Assembly (NCBI GenBank): GCA_963662585.1
Contig: OY759729.1
Location: forward strand, 3,136,001-3,200,000
Source: Candidatus Cloacimonadales bacterium
GTDB taxonomy: Bacteria; Cloacimonadota; Cloacimonadia; Cloacimonadales; JAFGVF01
Reading direction: 5' to 3'
DNA length: 64,000 bases
The notes beneath the pieces are model-generated. The model did not search any database and was not told the origin of the DNA. It was given only the letters and a program-made list of their open reading frames with translations. How positions within the stretch are numbered: the first letter of the stretch is position 1; every line of letters starts with the position of its first letter. Of the stretch, positions 8,305-17,702 are shown in pieces. Position numbers and translations under genes: made by a program.

Positions 8305-10010
8305 TGAAAATAATCGGTATTTCTACAGGAGATCCGACAGGTATTGGTCCCGAAGTTACAGCAAAAAGTGTTCGTTATCATAAGTTATTACCTGATTTAG
8401 CACTTGTTATTTATGGTAAGTTTATAGCTTCCCATAATGGTCATCAACCGATTGAGATATCTAGTATTGATGAGGTAAAAGAGGGTGGAAAACTTTATCA
8501 TCTTGAGATTGATAATCCTGAACTTACTTTAGGAGAACCATCAGGAAAAAGTGGCGAAGTTGCTATTGCTATTTTAGACAGATTAGCTGCTGATATTAAG
8601 AGTAAGAAATTAGCTGCTGTGGTTACAGCTCCTGTATCAAAAAGCCATATTCATGATGCTGGTTATGATTTTATAGGACACACTGAATACTTGCAAAGAA
8701 AATTAGATGCTGATAATGTCGCAATGACCTTTTGGAGTAATGATTTAAAGGTAGGATTATTAACTACCCACCTTCCTCTTCATGAATTGGAAAAAGTACT
8801 TACTCCTGAATATTGTGAGGCTAAACTTAGACTTATTTACACAGAAGTTAATAAACTGATGAAGCAACCTCGGATAGCCTTACTTGCTAAGAACCCTCAT
8901 GCCGGAGAAAATGGTGCTTTCGGTGATACTGATGATATGTTCAAAGAGCTTCTAGCTAAACTAAATGAAGAAAATATTCATATAGATGGTCCTTTCCCTG
9001 CTGATACATTCTTCTCTTATAATCGCCAAGATTATGATTTCGTGATTTCTGCCTACCATGATCAAGGTCTGATTCCTTTTAAGATGCTGGCAGGTGGAAA
9101 AGGGGTTAATGTGACTCTAGGACTTCCTGTTTATCGAGCTTCTGCAGAACATGGTACAGCCTTCGATATCGCTAAGGATGATAAAGCTGATTTTAATTCT
9201 ATGCTAAGTGCTATTTATTGGGTAGAAGATAAACTCTCTAAACACTTGCAACATGCTAAAGAATATGGTGAATTTAGTAATTTCTATGATAACTATATGG
9301 CCCATGTTAACTACGATCAATGGGTAGCTAAGTTAAATGTTTGGGTTGATCAGTATTGTAAGATAAAACCTAAAAGGGTATTCGAAATTGCTTGTGGTAC
9401 TGGAGAGATATCTAAACGCATGGTTAAAGAGGGAAGAGAAGTAATTGGTGGAGATATTTCTGATATAATGCTGCATATTGCTGCTAAGAAGAGTAAGCAA
9501 CTAAGAATGGTCAGACATGATATGTTAGACCCTCTACCTCTTGATAATATTGATTTGGCACTCTGTTTATTTGATAGCATCAATTATCTTTTAGAAGAAA
9601 AGTTTCTTCTTAATCTTTTCCAAAATGTTAGAACAGCTTTGTCAGAAGAAGGCCTATTTATCTTTGATGTTTCAACAATCTACAATAGTGAAGAAAATTT
9701 AGATGGCTTCATAAATTATGAAGAATATTCTAACTTTAAAGTCTTGCATACTAGTGATTGGGATCCTGAAAATGAAACTCAAGAGTCTTTTTTAGATATC
9801 TTTAAAAAGAATAAGAGTTTCTATCAGAATTTTTCTGAGACTCATTACCAGAAGATTTATCCTATTAGAAAGATAAGAGCATTGTTAGAAGATTCAGGTC
9901 TAGAGATAATCGCAATCTATAACGGAAACGATAATATTAACTTACTTAATTACTATCCCGAAGATTTAGATGAAAGATTTGCTCGCATCTATTTTATTGT
10001 CAAAAAGTAA
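8304..10010 (+). CDS. pdxA: 4-hydroxythreonine-4-phosphate dehydrogenase fused to a class I SAM-dependent methyltransferase
   Basis: GDPTGIGPE, TAPVSK, GHTE, NPHAGE, GPFPADT, YHDQGLIPFK, HGTAFDIA; then FYDNYM..VNYDQW and EIACGTG (SAM motif I) in the same frame. Confidence 0.88.
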   Translation: MKIIGISTGDPTGIGPEVTAKSVRYHKLLPDLALVIYGKFIASHNGHQPIEISSIDEVKEGGKLYHLEIDNPELTLGEPSGKSGEVAIAILDRLAADIKSKKLAAVVTAPVSKSHIHDAGYDFIGHTEYLQRKLDADNVAMTFWSNDLKVGLLTTHLPLHELEKVLTPEYCEAKLRLIYTEVNKLMKQPRIALLAKNPHAGENGAFGDTDDMFKELLAKLNEENIHIDGPFPADTFFSYNRQDYDFVISAYHDQGLIPFKMLAGGKGVNVTLGLPVYRASAEHGTAFDIAKDDKADFNSMLSAIYWVEDKLSKHLQHAKEYGEFSNFYDNYMAHVNYDQWVAKLNVWVDQYCKIKPKRVFEIACGTGEISKRMVKEGREVIGGDISDIMLHIAAKKSKQLRMVRHDMLDPLPLDNIDLALCLFDSINYLLEEKFLLNLFQNVRTALSEEGLFIFDVSTIYNSEENLDGFINYEEYSNFKVLHTSDWDPENETQESFLDIFKKNKSFYQNFSETHYQKIYPIRKIRALLEDSGLEIIAIYNGNDNINLLNYYPEDLDERFARIYFIVKK

Positions 10011-10012
10011 GC

Positions 10013-10669
10013 ATGAATTCCCTGATTACAAACGAATTAGAATTATATCAAGAATATAAAACATTATGTGGAGTAGATGAAGCCGGACGCGGTCCCTTGG
10101 CTGGTCCGGTTGTCTGCTCTGCTGTAATATTCGATATAAAAGAACTTATTCAGATATCTAATTCTGAAGTAGATTATCTAATAACCAATTTGAATGATTC
10201 TAAAGCTATCTCTGAGAAAAAAAGAGAAAAGCTATTTCCTATTATCCAAAAATATGCTAAATCGTTCTCAATAATCTGCGTAGAAGCTGAGGAGATAGAT
10301 GAAATAAACATATTAAATGCTACTCTTGCTGGTATGGATAGAGCCTTGGATGCACTTGAGAATAACTGGGATGTAGCCCTGATAGATGGGAATAAACTTC
10401 CTCCTAAAAATAAAACAAAATCTAAATTTGTTATCAAAGGTGATGCTACTTACTTCTCTATTGCAGCTGCTTCTGTTCTTGCTAAGGTAACTCGTGATAG
10501 AATTATGCTAGAACTCCATAAAGAATTCCCCAATTACAATTGGCTCAAGAATAAGGGATATCCAACTAAAGAGCATATTCAAGCTATTGATCAATTCGGT
10601 ATTACTAAACATCATAGATTATCCTATGGACCGTGTAAGCAAATTAATATTCCTGGATTAAATAGCTAA
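10013..10669 (+). CDS. rnhB: Ribonuclease HII
   Basis: GVDEAGRGPLAGPV, LNDSK, KGDA..SIAAASVLAKVTRD, NKGYPT. Confidence 0.96.
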   Translation: MNSLITNELELYQEYKTLCGVDEAGRGPLAGPVVCSAVIFDIKELIQISNSEVDYLITNLNDSKAISEKKREKLFPIIQKYAKSFSIICVEAEEIDEINILNATLAGMDRALDALENNWDVALIDGNKLPPKNKTKSKFVIKGDATYFSIAAASVLAKVTRDRIMLELHKEFPNYNWLKNKGYPTKEHIQAIDQFGITKHHRLSYGPCKQINIPGLNS

Positions 10670-10679
10670 AAGAAAGAAT

Positions 10680-11627
10680 TTACTTGAATTCATCCCTTTT
10701 TTGAGTAACTTTAAGAGCTTTTTTCTCGATTAACTGGTCTAATAACTCCTCTGTAAGTCTAGTTTTACCATTTCTAAGTGGGAATTTCATATCATAAGCT
10801 AAATCTGGAGGAGCATCTTTTTTATGGCAGGTCGCTACTATTAATGGTAAAATTGGTATTTCAATGATTTTTAATTTGTTTCTATCTGTAAGAACAAATT
10901 TAAAAAGAAAAGCTTTAATTTCATTTTCAAAATCTCGATATGCAATTATAGCTTGATAATACCCTTTTTTTCCAAAACTTATGCTTATACTTAAAACAAT
11001 TTTTATCTTTATTGTTTTATAACAATCATTAATTTTGCAGTCTTGTAAAGAATTTATAAAATTTTCAACTTGATTATCTTCAATTGATTTTTTGAATTTT
11101 TTGACAGTATAGTATATGGAATTATACATTTTAGTGCCAGTTATTGAAGCTGCAAAGAAATTCTTTTTCATTTTGTGAAAAAGAATTATCTCTTGTGTTA
11201 AACGATAAATTTTAATTTTTAGCTTTCTTGATTCAATTTTATAATTCCGAGCTATCTCAGAGAGACTTAAATGGTCAGTATAATAGTTTTGTAAAATAAT
11301 CTTTTCTTTGTTAGAAAGAAAATCATAAGAACTAAGGTCTATCTCTTGCTCTGTATACTCAGATTTATTATCAGGATATGTATTTAAAATCATAGGGTCA
11401 ATATTAGTTTCTGATTTATTTTGCTTACTTTTAATTCTTTTTAGACACAAATTCTTAGTAACTGTAAACAACCAATTATCAGTCTTATCAGAGTTTATAC
11501 GATTTTCGTTCATGTAAAACTGAATAGCTGTTAATTGAGCTATCTCTTGAACTGTATCGTAATCTGTAAAATAACGCCTAGCTACCTGCGTTGAATATTT
11601 TAACACTTTTTCATAATTAATATCCAT
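10680..11627 (-). CDS. ECF-type sigma-70 factor with long C-terminal extension (paralog of 49347-50297)
   Basis: Sigma2-like EIAQLTAIQFY..NWLFTVTKNLCL; sigma4-like LSNKEKIIL..LSLSEIA. ATG 11627 follows AAGGTG and aligns with the paralog start (ORF track starts at 11651). Confidence 0.75.
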   Translation of the reverse strand: MDINYEKVLKYSTQVARRYFTDYDTVQEIAQLTAIQFYMNENRINSDKTDNWLFTVTKNLCLKRIKSKQNKSETNIDPMILNTYPDNKSEYTEQEIDLSSYDFLSNKEKIILQNYYTDHLSLSEIARNYKIESRKLKIKIYRLTQEIILFHKMKKNFFAASITGTKMYNSIYYTVKKFKKSIEDNQVENFINSLQDCKINDCYKTIKIKIVLSISISFGKKGYYQAIIAYRDFENEIKAFLFKFVLTDRNKLKIIEIPILPLIVATCHKKDAPPDLAYDMKFPLRNGKTRLTEELLDQLIEKKALKVTQKRDEFK

Positions 11628-11690
11628 TAGACTGCACCTTTGTAAATTCATTAAATATAATGTTTTATGAAGTTTTCAATAAATATTTAT

Positions 11691-11717
11691 CCATTTTTTA
11701 CTCTATATTAGTAGAGG
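11691..11717 (+). promoter_or_regulatory. Conserved motif upstream of the divergent small ORF (candidate ECF -10 region)
   Basis: ccattttttactctatattagtagagg matches cctttttttcgtctatattatagagagg at 50361-50388; TCTATATTA starts 75 bp from the sigma ATG in both loci. Confidence 0.55.
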
Positions 11718-11737
11718 AACTTAAAAAGAGGCAAATT

Positions 11738-11881
11738 ATGAAATGGAAATTTATTCTTTTAATATTAATACTAATTTTCAATATTGAAATATTTAGTCAA
11801 GAGTTTTATCAAGGATATCGAGTTGTTACATGGGATGAGATTGCAGGTATGGATTATTCAATCTTTAATCTATCCAACTGA
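11738..11881 (+). CDS. 47-aa signal-peptide ORF (small secreted peptide, or 5' part of a frameshifted gene)
   Basis: RBS AGAGG; MKWKFILLILILIFNIEIFS-QEFYQGYRVVTWDEIAGMDYSIFNLSN; homologous to 50397-50564. Confidence 0.6.
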   Translation: MKWKFILLILILIFNIEIFSQEFYQGYRVVTWDEIAGMDYSIFNLSN

Positions 11882-13586
11882 AAGTAATTTTGGAATTGGT
11901 GATGTTGTAAATCTTGGAAATAAAATTTCAAACACATATTCTTCTACTGAAGAACTTGCTGCTGATATTGGAACCCAATTAGATGAATTTGCAATACCGA
12001 CTCATTCTCTTTGGCAAAACAAGTTGATTCCTGATTTTATATCGTCAAACCTGCAAGGATTAGCTGAATCCCTGACCTCATCAGAGTATGTAATTGAGGG
12101 ACTTAGAATTTTTCCATATGCTTCAGTAGCAATAGATTTATTTGATGCTTTTACTGGTAGCAGCTCAGGTCCACAAATTACTGAGTTTCAGCTGAATGGC
12201 TCAATAACTGGCTCAATAACAACAGATTATAATATTAAGGCATTTGATTGTTATGAAAGTATCTCAGACTCAAGAATTTATGATCCATTATATTCAGAAA
12301 ACTTGGGTGTACTAAATATCATCTCTAATCCAACGGGTTTAATAAAGGGTGATTATGAAGAAACGGACCCATATTATGCTTATTCAATGATTAAATTAAA
12401 TGAATTTCAGCTAGATAAAATTGTAGTAAACCCTGCTCTTGAAGTTGAAAATATAGAATCTATTGCTAGTTTACACATGAAGATAAATGAAGGCCAAACA
12501 GATATTGGACAGTTTAGACATAAAAATGATTATGTGTATATGGGGTGTGATCCATATAATTCTAATATTAAATATTTAAGAACTGGCTATAAACCATTAG
12601 AAGACATCTCTGGAATGGCTATGCATATTGGTGGAGTATTTGAAGAAACAGCATTATGCATAGTAACAACAATTCAGTATACTAATGGTAAAACTTCGTG
12701 TTTAGCTAATAAAAATAAGGTAGACCTTGTTCCAGATACAGCGACCAATCCAGGAATCCCATATTATCCAGTTTTTTATTTCCTAGAACCAGTAAGTAAT
12801 TCGGAGGTAGCAAGAAAATATTATGCAGGAATGAATTATGTTAGAGCTAACGACTATGCAACAGCATATGATACTCTTAAGGCAGTACCGCAAATTGATC
12901 AAAAATCAAAATTTGCTGAAAAATCTCTAGTATTACTTCCAATGTTACTTAAGGCTTTAGATGGAGATAAATCGCAGTTGATGAGTTATTATGATACACT
13001 AACTGATGAAGATATTAAAGTTTCTGTTGCTGAATCAAAAGTCTTGCTAGATATTACACAAAAAGATTATGAATTGGCAATTGAAAAATTGGAATACTTA
13101 ATTAATAATCCTCCTAGTGATAAGAATGTATTGGTATATGAGCTAGAACAAGCATATTGCTATTATAACCAATACTTACAGGGGAATCAAAGAAATACAC
13201 CAAAGTTTGTTTTGAGCCCAGATCAGTTTAGTTGCTATGTAGAAGGTATTAATGATAAAATAAAGAATAATAACACCGAAACTCAAGAAGAGAATCTCGT
13301 ACCTGGAATCTCAGAAGTTAAGCAAAATATATATCCTAATCCATTTAACCCGACTACTATTATAAGCTATTCAATACCTGATAAATCAGAAGTGAATGTT
13401 ACTATTTATAATCTCAGAGGTCAGAAAGTTAAAACACTTGTTGATTCAGATCTTGAAAAGGGTAATCATAAAGTTTTTTGGAATGGTGAGAATATGAATG
13501 ATGAACAAGTAGCATCTGGTGTATATTTCTCTATTGTTAGAACTGAACATGGTAGGTCTACTAAGAAACTTGTTTTACAAAAATAA
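11784..13586 (+). CDS. TPR-like + FlgD-Ig/T9SS-like CTD protein lacking its own signal peptide (possibly the frameshifted continuation of 11738-11881)
   Basis: C-terminal YPNPFNPTTII..IYNLRGQKVK..SGVYF..KKLVLQK; helical TPR-like region before it; no RBS or signal peptide at the TTG start. Confidence 0.7.
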   Translation: MKYLVKSFIKDIELLHGMRLQVWIIQSLIYPTESNFGIGDVVNLGNKISNTYSSTEELAADIGTQLDEFAIPTHSLWQNKLIPDFISSNLQGLAESLTSSEYVIEGLRIFPYASVAIDLFDAFTGSSSGPQITEFQLNGSITGSITTDYNIKAFDCYESISDSRIYDPLYSENLGVLNIISNPTGLIKGDYEETDPYYAYSMIKLNEFQLDKIVVNPALEVENIESIASLHMKINEGQTDIGQFRHKNDYVYMGCDPYNSNIKYLRTGYKPLEDISGMAMHIGGVFEETALCIVTTIQYTNGKTSCLANKNKVDLVPDTATNPGIPYYPVFYFLEPVSNSEVARKYYAGMNYVRANDYATAYDTLKAVPQIDQKSKFAEKSLVLLPMLLKALDGDKSQLMSYYDTLTDEDIKVSVAESKVLLDITQKDYELAIEKLEYLINNPPSDKNVLVYELEQAYCYYNQYLQGNQRNTPKFVLSPDQFSCYVEGINDKIKNNNTETQEENLVPGISEVKQNIYPNPFNPTTIISYSIPDKSEVNVTIYNLRGQKVKTLVDSDLEKGNHKVFWNGENMNDEQVASGVYFSIVRTEHGRSTKKLVLQK

Positions 13587-13593
13587 TAAACCT

Positions 13594-13623
13594 AATAGCG
13601 GTTAAGATATCTTAACCGCTATT
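13594..13623. terminator. Perfect 30-bp palindrome between two CTD genes (terminator or mRNA-processing hairpin)
   Basis: aatagcggttaagat|atcttaaccgctatt followed by tt. Confidence 0.6.
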
Positions 13624-13644
13624 TTACAATAAACAGGAGAATCT

Positions 13645-15933
13645 ATGAAACATCTATTAATAATTATGTTAATAATAATAAACATTACACTAATTCATTG
13701 TTTTGAATTTTTAGGGGATATTCATACTGCAAGTAATAATAAAAGTAGTATATCTGTTGGAGATTATACTTATATGATAGATGGTGGGAAACTAACAGTC
13801 TGGGATTATTCTGATCCATTGCATACTGAACTAGTTACTATTATAAGAGCAGCAGTATGGTCTTTGGATAATCTTTATGTTACTGATGACATTCTTTGGC
13901 TTACAGAAAATAACAATATCTATGCCTATGATATTTCGAGTCCTGAGAGTCCACAAGTGATTTTTAATTTTGAGTTAGAATCTCAGATAACTGAGATTTG
14001 TGAAATAGAGTTATATAACAACTATCTGATTTTGAGTCTCTTTAGTTCGGAAGATGGTTATTTTATTAGATTTTACGATTTTGAAGAATTGCCTAATATG
14101 GTCCAATTACATGAACAATTTGAAAATAGTACTTCTTCATTAGTTCATGAAAATGATCTTTATTATATAAAAGTATTACAAGAAGAATTAGGCTTTAATG
14201 AAATAAGAAAAATTAATATCAACAATATCAATGATCAAGAAACAGAATGCTCTATACAGGCTAATGAGTTTACATCTTCTTATCGCTATACTGTTAAAGT
14301 TAATTCTGATTATCTTTATCTAATGGACTTAGAATCTGTGAATGCTTATTTGATTCAAGATGATGGCTTTGTTTTAGTAGATAGTCTTTCTACTCCTAGA
14401 TTAACAAGTAAAGGAGCGAAGTCTTCTTTAGAAGATAACATAATCTATACTTCTTATGGTTATCTGATTAAGATAACTGACCCTTCGAATCTGTCAATTA
14501 GTAGCATTCCTTCAGAATATATTGGTAATAAGTCTTTTTTTAAACATGATAATTATCTTTATTATGGAGATGATAATGGTATTAATTGTTTCTTAGCCAC
14601 TAGTACCGATATTCCAACTTTTCAATATTATGAACCTAAAACTAACAATATTGGGCAACCAATAATTAAAGATAATATTTTGTATGTAAATACTAAAACA
14701 GGATATTATTCTTATCTCCTTGGTGGTATATCTAATCATGAACCTTTAGGATATGTGGTATATGACCAAGAAAATTACCCCTTATCACTCGACACATTAC
14801 CTACGACTTTTATTGATGGCGGAAATGTAATTATTGCTTATATTGATAATAATTCTATCTCTGATTGGGAAGCACAATATGATCTTGCTTTTTTTGACAA
14901 AGATAGTTTTCCTGAATTGAATTTAATTGGTTACTTTCCTAATGTGGAACCTATGACTGATTTACTATTTGATGATGAGAAAGTCTATGGTATTTGTAAT
15001 AAAACTACAGATTTAGCTAATTTTACCCATTCTTTTATTGTTTTTGATACATCCAATGGTATTGTTGAAATGATTGGTGAAACAAACATTACTCAAAATT
15101 CCAATGTATATTATTGGGATTTGATTAAATCCGAGGATTATATTTCATTTATTTCGTCACCAATTATTCCTGGAACTAGCGAGTACTCTCTTAATAAATA
15201 TCATATAAGCGAAAATAATACTCTTGAATTTGATGCTAATCTTTATTCATTTCAGGAATGTTACCTCCCCCTTACTTATGTTAAAAATAACTATATGCTA
15301 TTTACTGAAACAGCTTCATGGGGTAGCGATAATTTGTTAAAAATATTAGATATGGCTGACCCAACAAGCCCTATATTATACGACTTTGAATTAGACTTCA
15401 TATTGACATCAATGATGATAGAAGATGGGATACTTTATACAAGTCAGCAATTACCTAATGGTTTGCAGATGACAATTGCCTACTCCTTTGCAGATCCTTC
15501 CAATCTAGTAGAAATATACAGGACTAACGACCAGAATATTCACTTTGGACATCCAGTTGTCTTTGAGAATAATTTGATAAGTTTTTATAGTTATATTATT
15601 TCCATGTACAGATTCCCTAATATTACATCTTCAGATGAATCAGAAATTGCAACAATTAATAAATTTTCTCTTAACAACTTTCCAAATCCATTTAATCCAG
15701 AGACAACAATTAGTTTCAATAATCCTGAAAGTGGAAAAGTTACATTATCAATCTACAACATTAAAGGGCAGTTGATTAATACTCTTTTGGATGAGGAAAC
15801 AAAGGCTGGAGTTCATAATATTGTTTGGAATGGTAAAGATGAAAAGGGAAAGAGAGTGGCTTCAGGAATCTACTTCTCGAGAATAAATACAAGAAACAGC
15901 AGTTTAACTAAGAAAATGATTCTCATGAAATAG
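13645..15933 (+). CDS. Secreted beta-propeller (LVIVD-repeat-like) protein with FlgD-Ig/T9SS-like CTD
   Basis: Signal peptide; repeats LTVWDYSDP, IYAYDISSP, LKILDMADP, IAYSFADP; NFPNPFNPETTI...KKMILMK. Confidence 0.8.
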   Translation: MKHLLIIMLIIINITLIHCFEFLGDIHTASNNKSSISVGDYTYMIDGGKLTVWDYSDPLHTELVTIIRAAVWSLDNLYVTDDILWLTENNNIYAYDISSPESPQVIFNFELESQITEICEIELYNNYLILSLFSSEDGYFIRFYDFEELPNMVQLHEQFENSTSSLVHENDLYYIKVLQEELGFNEIRKININNINDQETECSIQANEFTSSYRYTVKVNSDYLYLMDLESVNAYLIQDDGFVLVDSLSTPRLTSKGAKSSLEDNIIYTSYGYLIKITDPSNLSISSIPSEYIGNKSFFKHDNYLYYGDDNGINCFLATSTDIPTFQYYEPKTNNIGQPIIKDNILYVNTKTGYYSYLLGGISNHEPLGYVVYDQENYPLSLDTLPTTFIDGGNVIIAYIDNNSISDWEAQYDLAFFDKDSFPELNLIGYFPNVEPMTDLLFDDEKVYGICNKTTDLANFTHSFIVFDTSNGIVEMIGETNITQNSNVYYWDLIKSEDYISFISSPIIPGTSEYSLNKYHISENNTLEFDANLYSFQECYLPLTYVKNNYMLFTETASWGSDNLLKILDMADPTSPILYDFELDFILTSMMIEDGILYTSQQLPNGLQMTIAYSFADPSNLVEIYRTNDQNIHFGHPVVFENNLISFYSYIISMYRFPNITSSDESEIATINKFSLNNFPNPFNPETTISFNNPESGKVTLSIYNIKGQLINTLLDEETKAGVHNIVWNGKDEKGKRVASGIYFSRINTRNSSLTKKMILMK

Positions 15934-15960
15934 TTGCTAGAAATCAGATTTATATTTTAA

Positions 15961-16000
15961 TAATTCTACTATTAAATTGTTAAAATTAGTAGTAGAATTA
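15961..16000. terminator. Inverted repeat between convergent genes (candidate bidirectional terminator)
   Basis: taattctacta / tagtagaatta 11-bp arms; AT-rich. Confidence 0.4.
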
Positions 16001-16054
16001 TGTTATTATAAGGAAGATAAGGTAATTAACTTACCTACAAAATTATTATTTAAA

Positions 16055-17395
16055 CTAAAAGCCAAACACCCATGATGCAATTGAGAAATAGATAACTACA
16101 CCTAAAATATCAGAAATAGAAGTAATAAGTGGGGCAGAAGCAGTTGCAGGGTCTAATTTAAACTTTGTAAAGACAAAGGGAAGAGATAGGCCTATTAGGC
16201 TTCCTGCCATCACTGTAAGAACCATGGTCGAAGTTACAACCAAAATAATTTGGGGAGCTCGGAAGCTTGCGATTACACCAACTCCGATAGCCATTGTTAA
16301 ACCCAATAATAGCGAGACTAAAAACTCTTTTCCAATGAGATAAAACCAATCTCTCATTTCCACATCGCCTGTTGCTAGAGAACGAATCATAAGTGTTGCA
16401 GATTGAGCTCCAGCATTACCTCCACTACCTATCAAAAGAGGTAAAAAGAAGATTAAGGAAACAACTTTTTGAATAACATTATCAAATTGGGCAATGGCAG
16501 CTCCAGAAAAAACATTCATAAAGACTAAGGCAAAAAGCCACATAATTCTTCTTTTATAGAGAAATCCAATAGTGGCATTTAAAGGGTCTTCCACAGCATC
16601 TTGCATCGCACCAAATCTATGAAAGTCTTCAGTAGTCTCTTCTTCAATAAGGTCCATAATATCATCAAAGGTAACAATTCCTATTAAGGTACCTTCTTTA
16701 TCAATAACAGGTAAAGCAACCTTGTCATGATCTTGGAAGATACTGATAGCTTCTTCTTCATCTTCATAAGGACTTAAAGCAATGAATTTATTATCCATTA
16801 ATTCTTCGACTTTATCTTCAGGAGAAGCAAGAATCAACTCTCGAATTCTTAAATCATCTATTAATTTCCATTGATTATCAACAACATAGATCACATTAAG
16901 GGTTTCTGAATCTTGACCATATTTGCGAATGTGTTCTAAAGCTTGAGCAACTGTCATATATGACTTAATAGCTATGAATTCAGGAGTCATTAGACGACCA
17001 ATACTGTCTTCAGGATAACCCAAAAGGGTTGTTGCTATTTTGCGTTCTGCCGGAGTAAGGAGTTGGATTAAGCGTTGAGTAACGACACCTGGTAACTCTT
17101 CCAAAATTGCTGTTCTATCATCTGGGTCAAGGTCATTAAGAAGGTCAGATAATTTATTAGCATTAGAAGCTAATCTTTCAATGATTAACTCTTGTTTATA
17201 AAGGGGGAGTTCTTGAAAAGTCTCTTTTGCTAATTCACGAGGTAGTAACCTAAAAAGAATTATATCTTCAGGTTCAGAAAATTCATCAATTATCTCTGCA
17301 AGATCGACGAAATTCATATCGGCAACTAAATGCCTAATAGTCATCCATTTTTTTTCTTCAATTAAATCTTCAAATAGTTTAATGGTATCTTGCAT
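16055..17395 (-). CDS. mgtE: Magnesium transporter MgtE
   Basis: MgtE_N, YPEDSIGRLMT, CBS pair, GSGGNAGAQSAT, DPATASAPLITSISD. Confidence 0.95.
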   Translation of the reverse strand: MQDTIKLFEDLIEEKKWMTIRHLVADMNFVDLAEIIDEFSEPEDIILFRLLPRELAKETFQELPLYKQELIIERLASNANKLSDLLNDLDPDDRTAILEELPGVVTQRLIQLLTPAERKIATTLLGYPEDSIGRLMTPEFIAIKSYMTVAQALEHIRKYGQDSETLNVIYVVDNQWKLIDDLRIRELILASPEDKVEELMDNKFIALSPYEDEEEAISIFQDHDKVALPVIDKEGTLIGIVTFDDIMDLIEEETTEDFHRFGAMQDAVEDPLNATIGFLYKRRIMWLFALVFMNVFSGAAIAQFDNVIQKVVSLIFFLPLLIGSGGNAGAQSATLMIRSLATGDVEMRDWFYLIGKEFLVSLLLGLTMAIGVGVIASFRAPQIILVVTSTMVLTVMAGSLIGLSLPFVFTKFKLDPATASAPLITSISDILGVVIYFSIASWVFGF

Positions 17396-17446
17396 ATTTT
17401 TCTCCCACCCTTTTTTACCAGACTATTTAATGTAGATCTTGTGTCA
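17303..17446 (+). repeat. Direct repeat copy 1: mgtE 5' end plus upstream region
   Basis: Degenerate copy at 18935-19080; 33 bp identical (17307-17339 = 18939-18971). Confidence 0.85.
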
Positions 17447-17645
17447 AACAAAAATATATTGAACTATAAAGATAAATTCAAGAAGGACAGATACCCAAGT
17501 CTGATAGGTTAATATTATCATTAAACTCAAAAATATACAATAGAGATTTAGAATAAACAATCAATATAAAATAACAAGATAAATTATTAGTAAAATTTAC
17601 TTGAAATTTAAAAGTCTGTTTAATCTAAAGTAGCAAATATTTTAC

Positions 17646-17673
17646 TTGACTATTTTCCTCTGCTTATTAAAAT
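17646..17673 (+). promoter_or_regulatory. Candidate sigma70 promoter of the hydrolase gene
   Basis: TTGACT-16 nt-TAAAAT upstream of RBS GAGG and ATG 17703. Confidence 0.4.
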
Positions 17674-17702
17674 TCCACAAGAATTATAATGATGAGGTAA
17701 AT

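Noticed and set aside
11879..11887. Selenocysteine/TGA read-through of the small ORF
   Set aside because: TGA is followed after one codon by TAA in the same frame.
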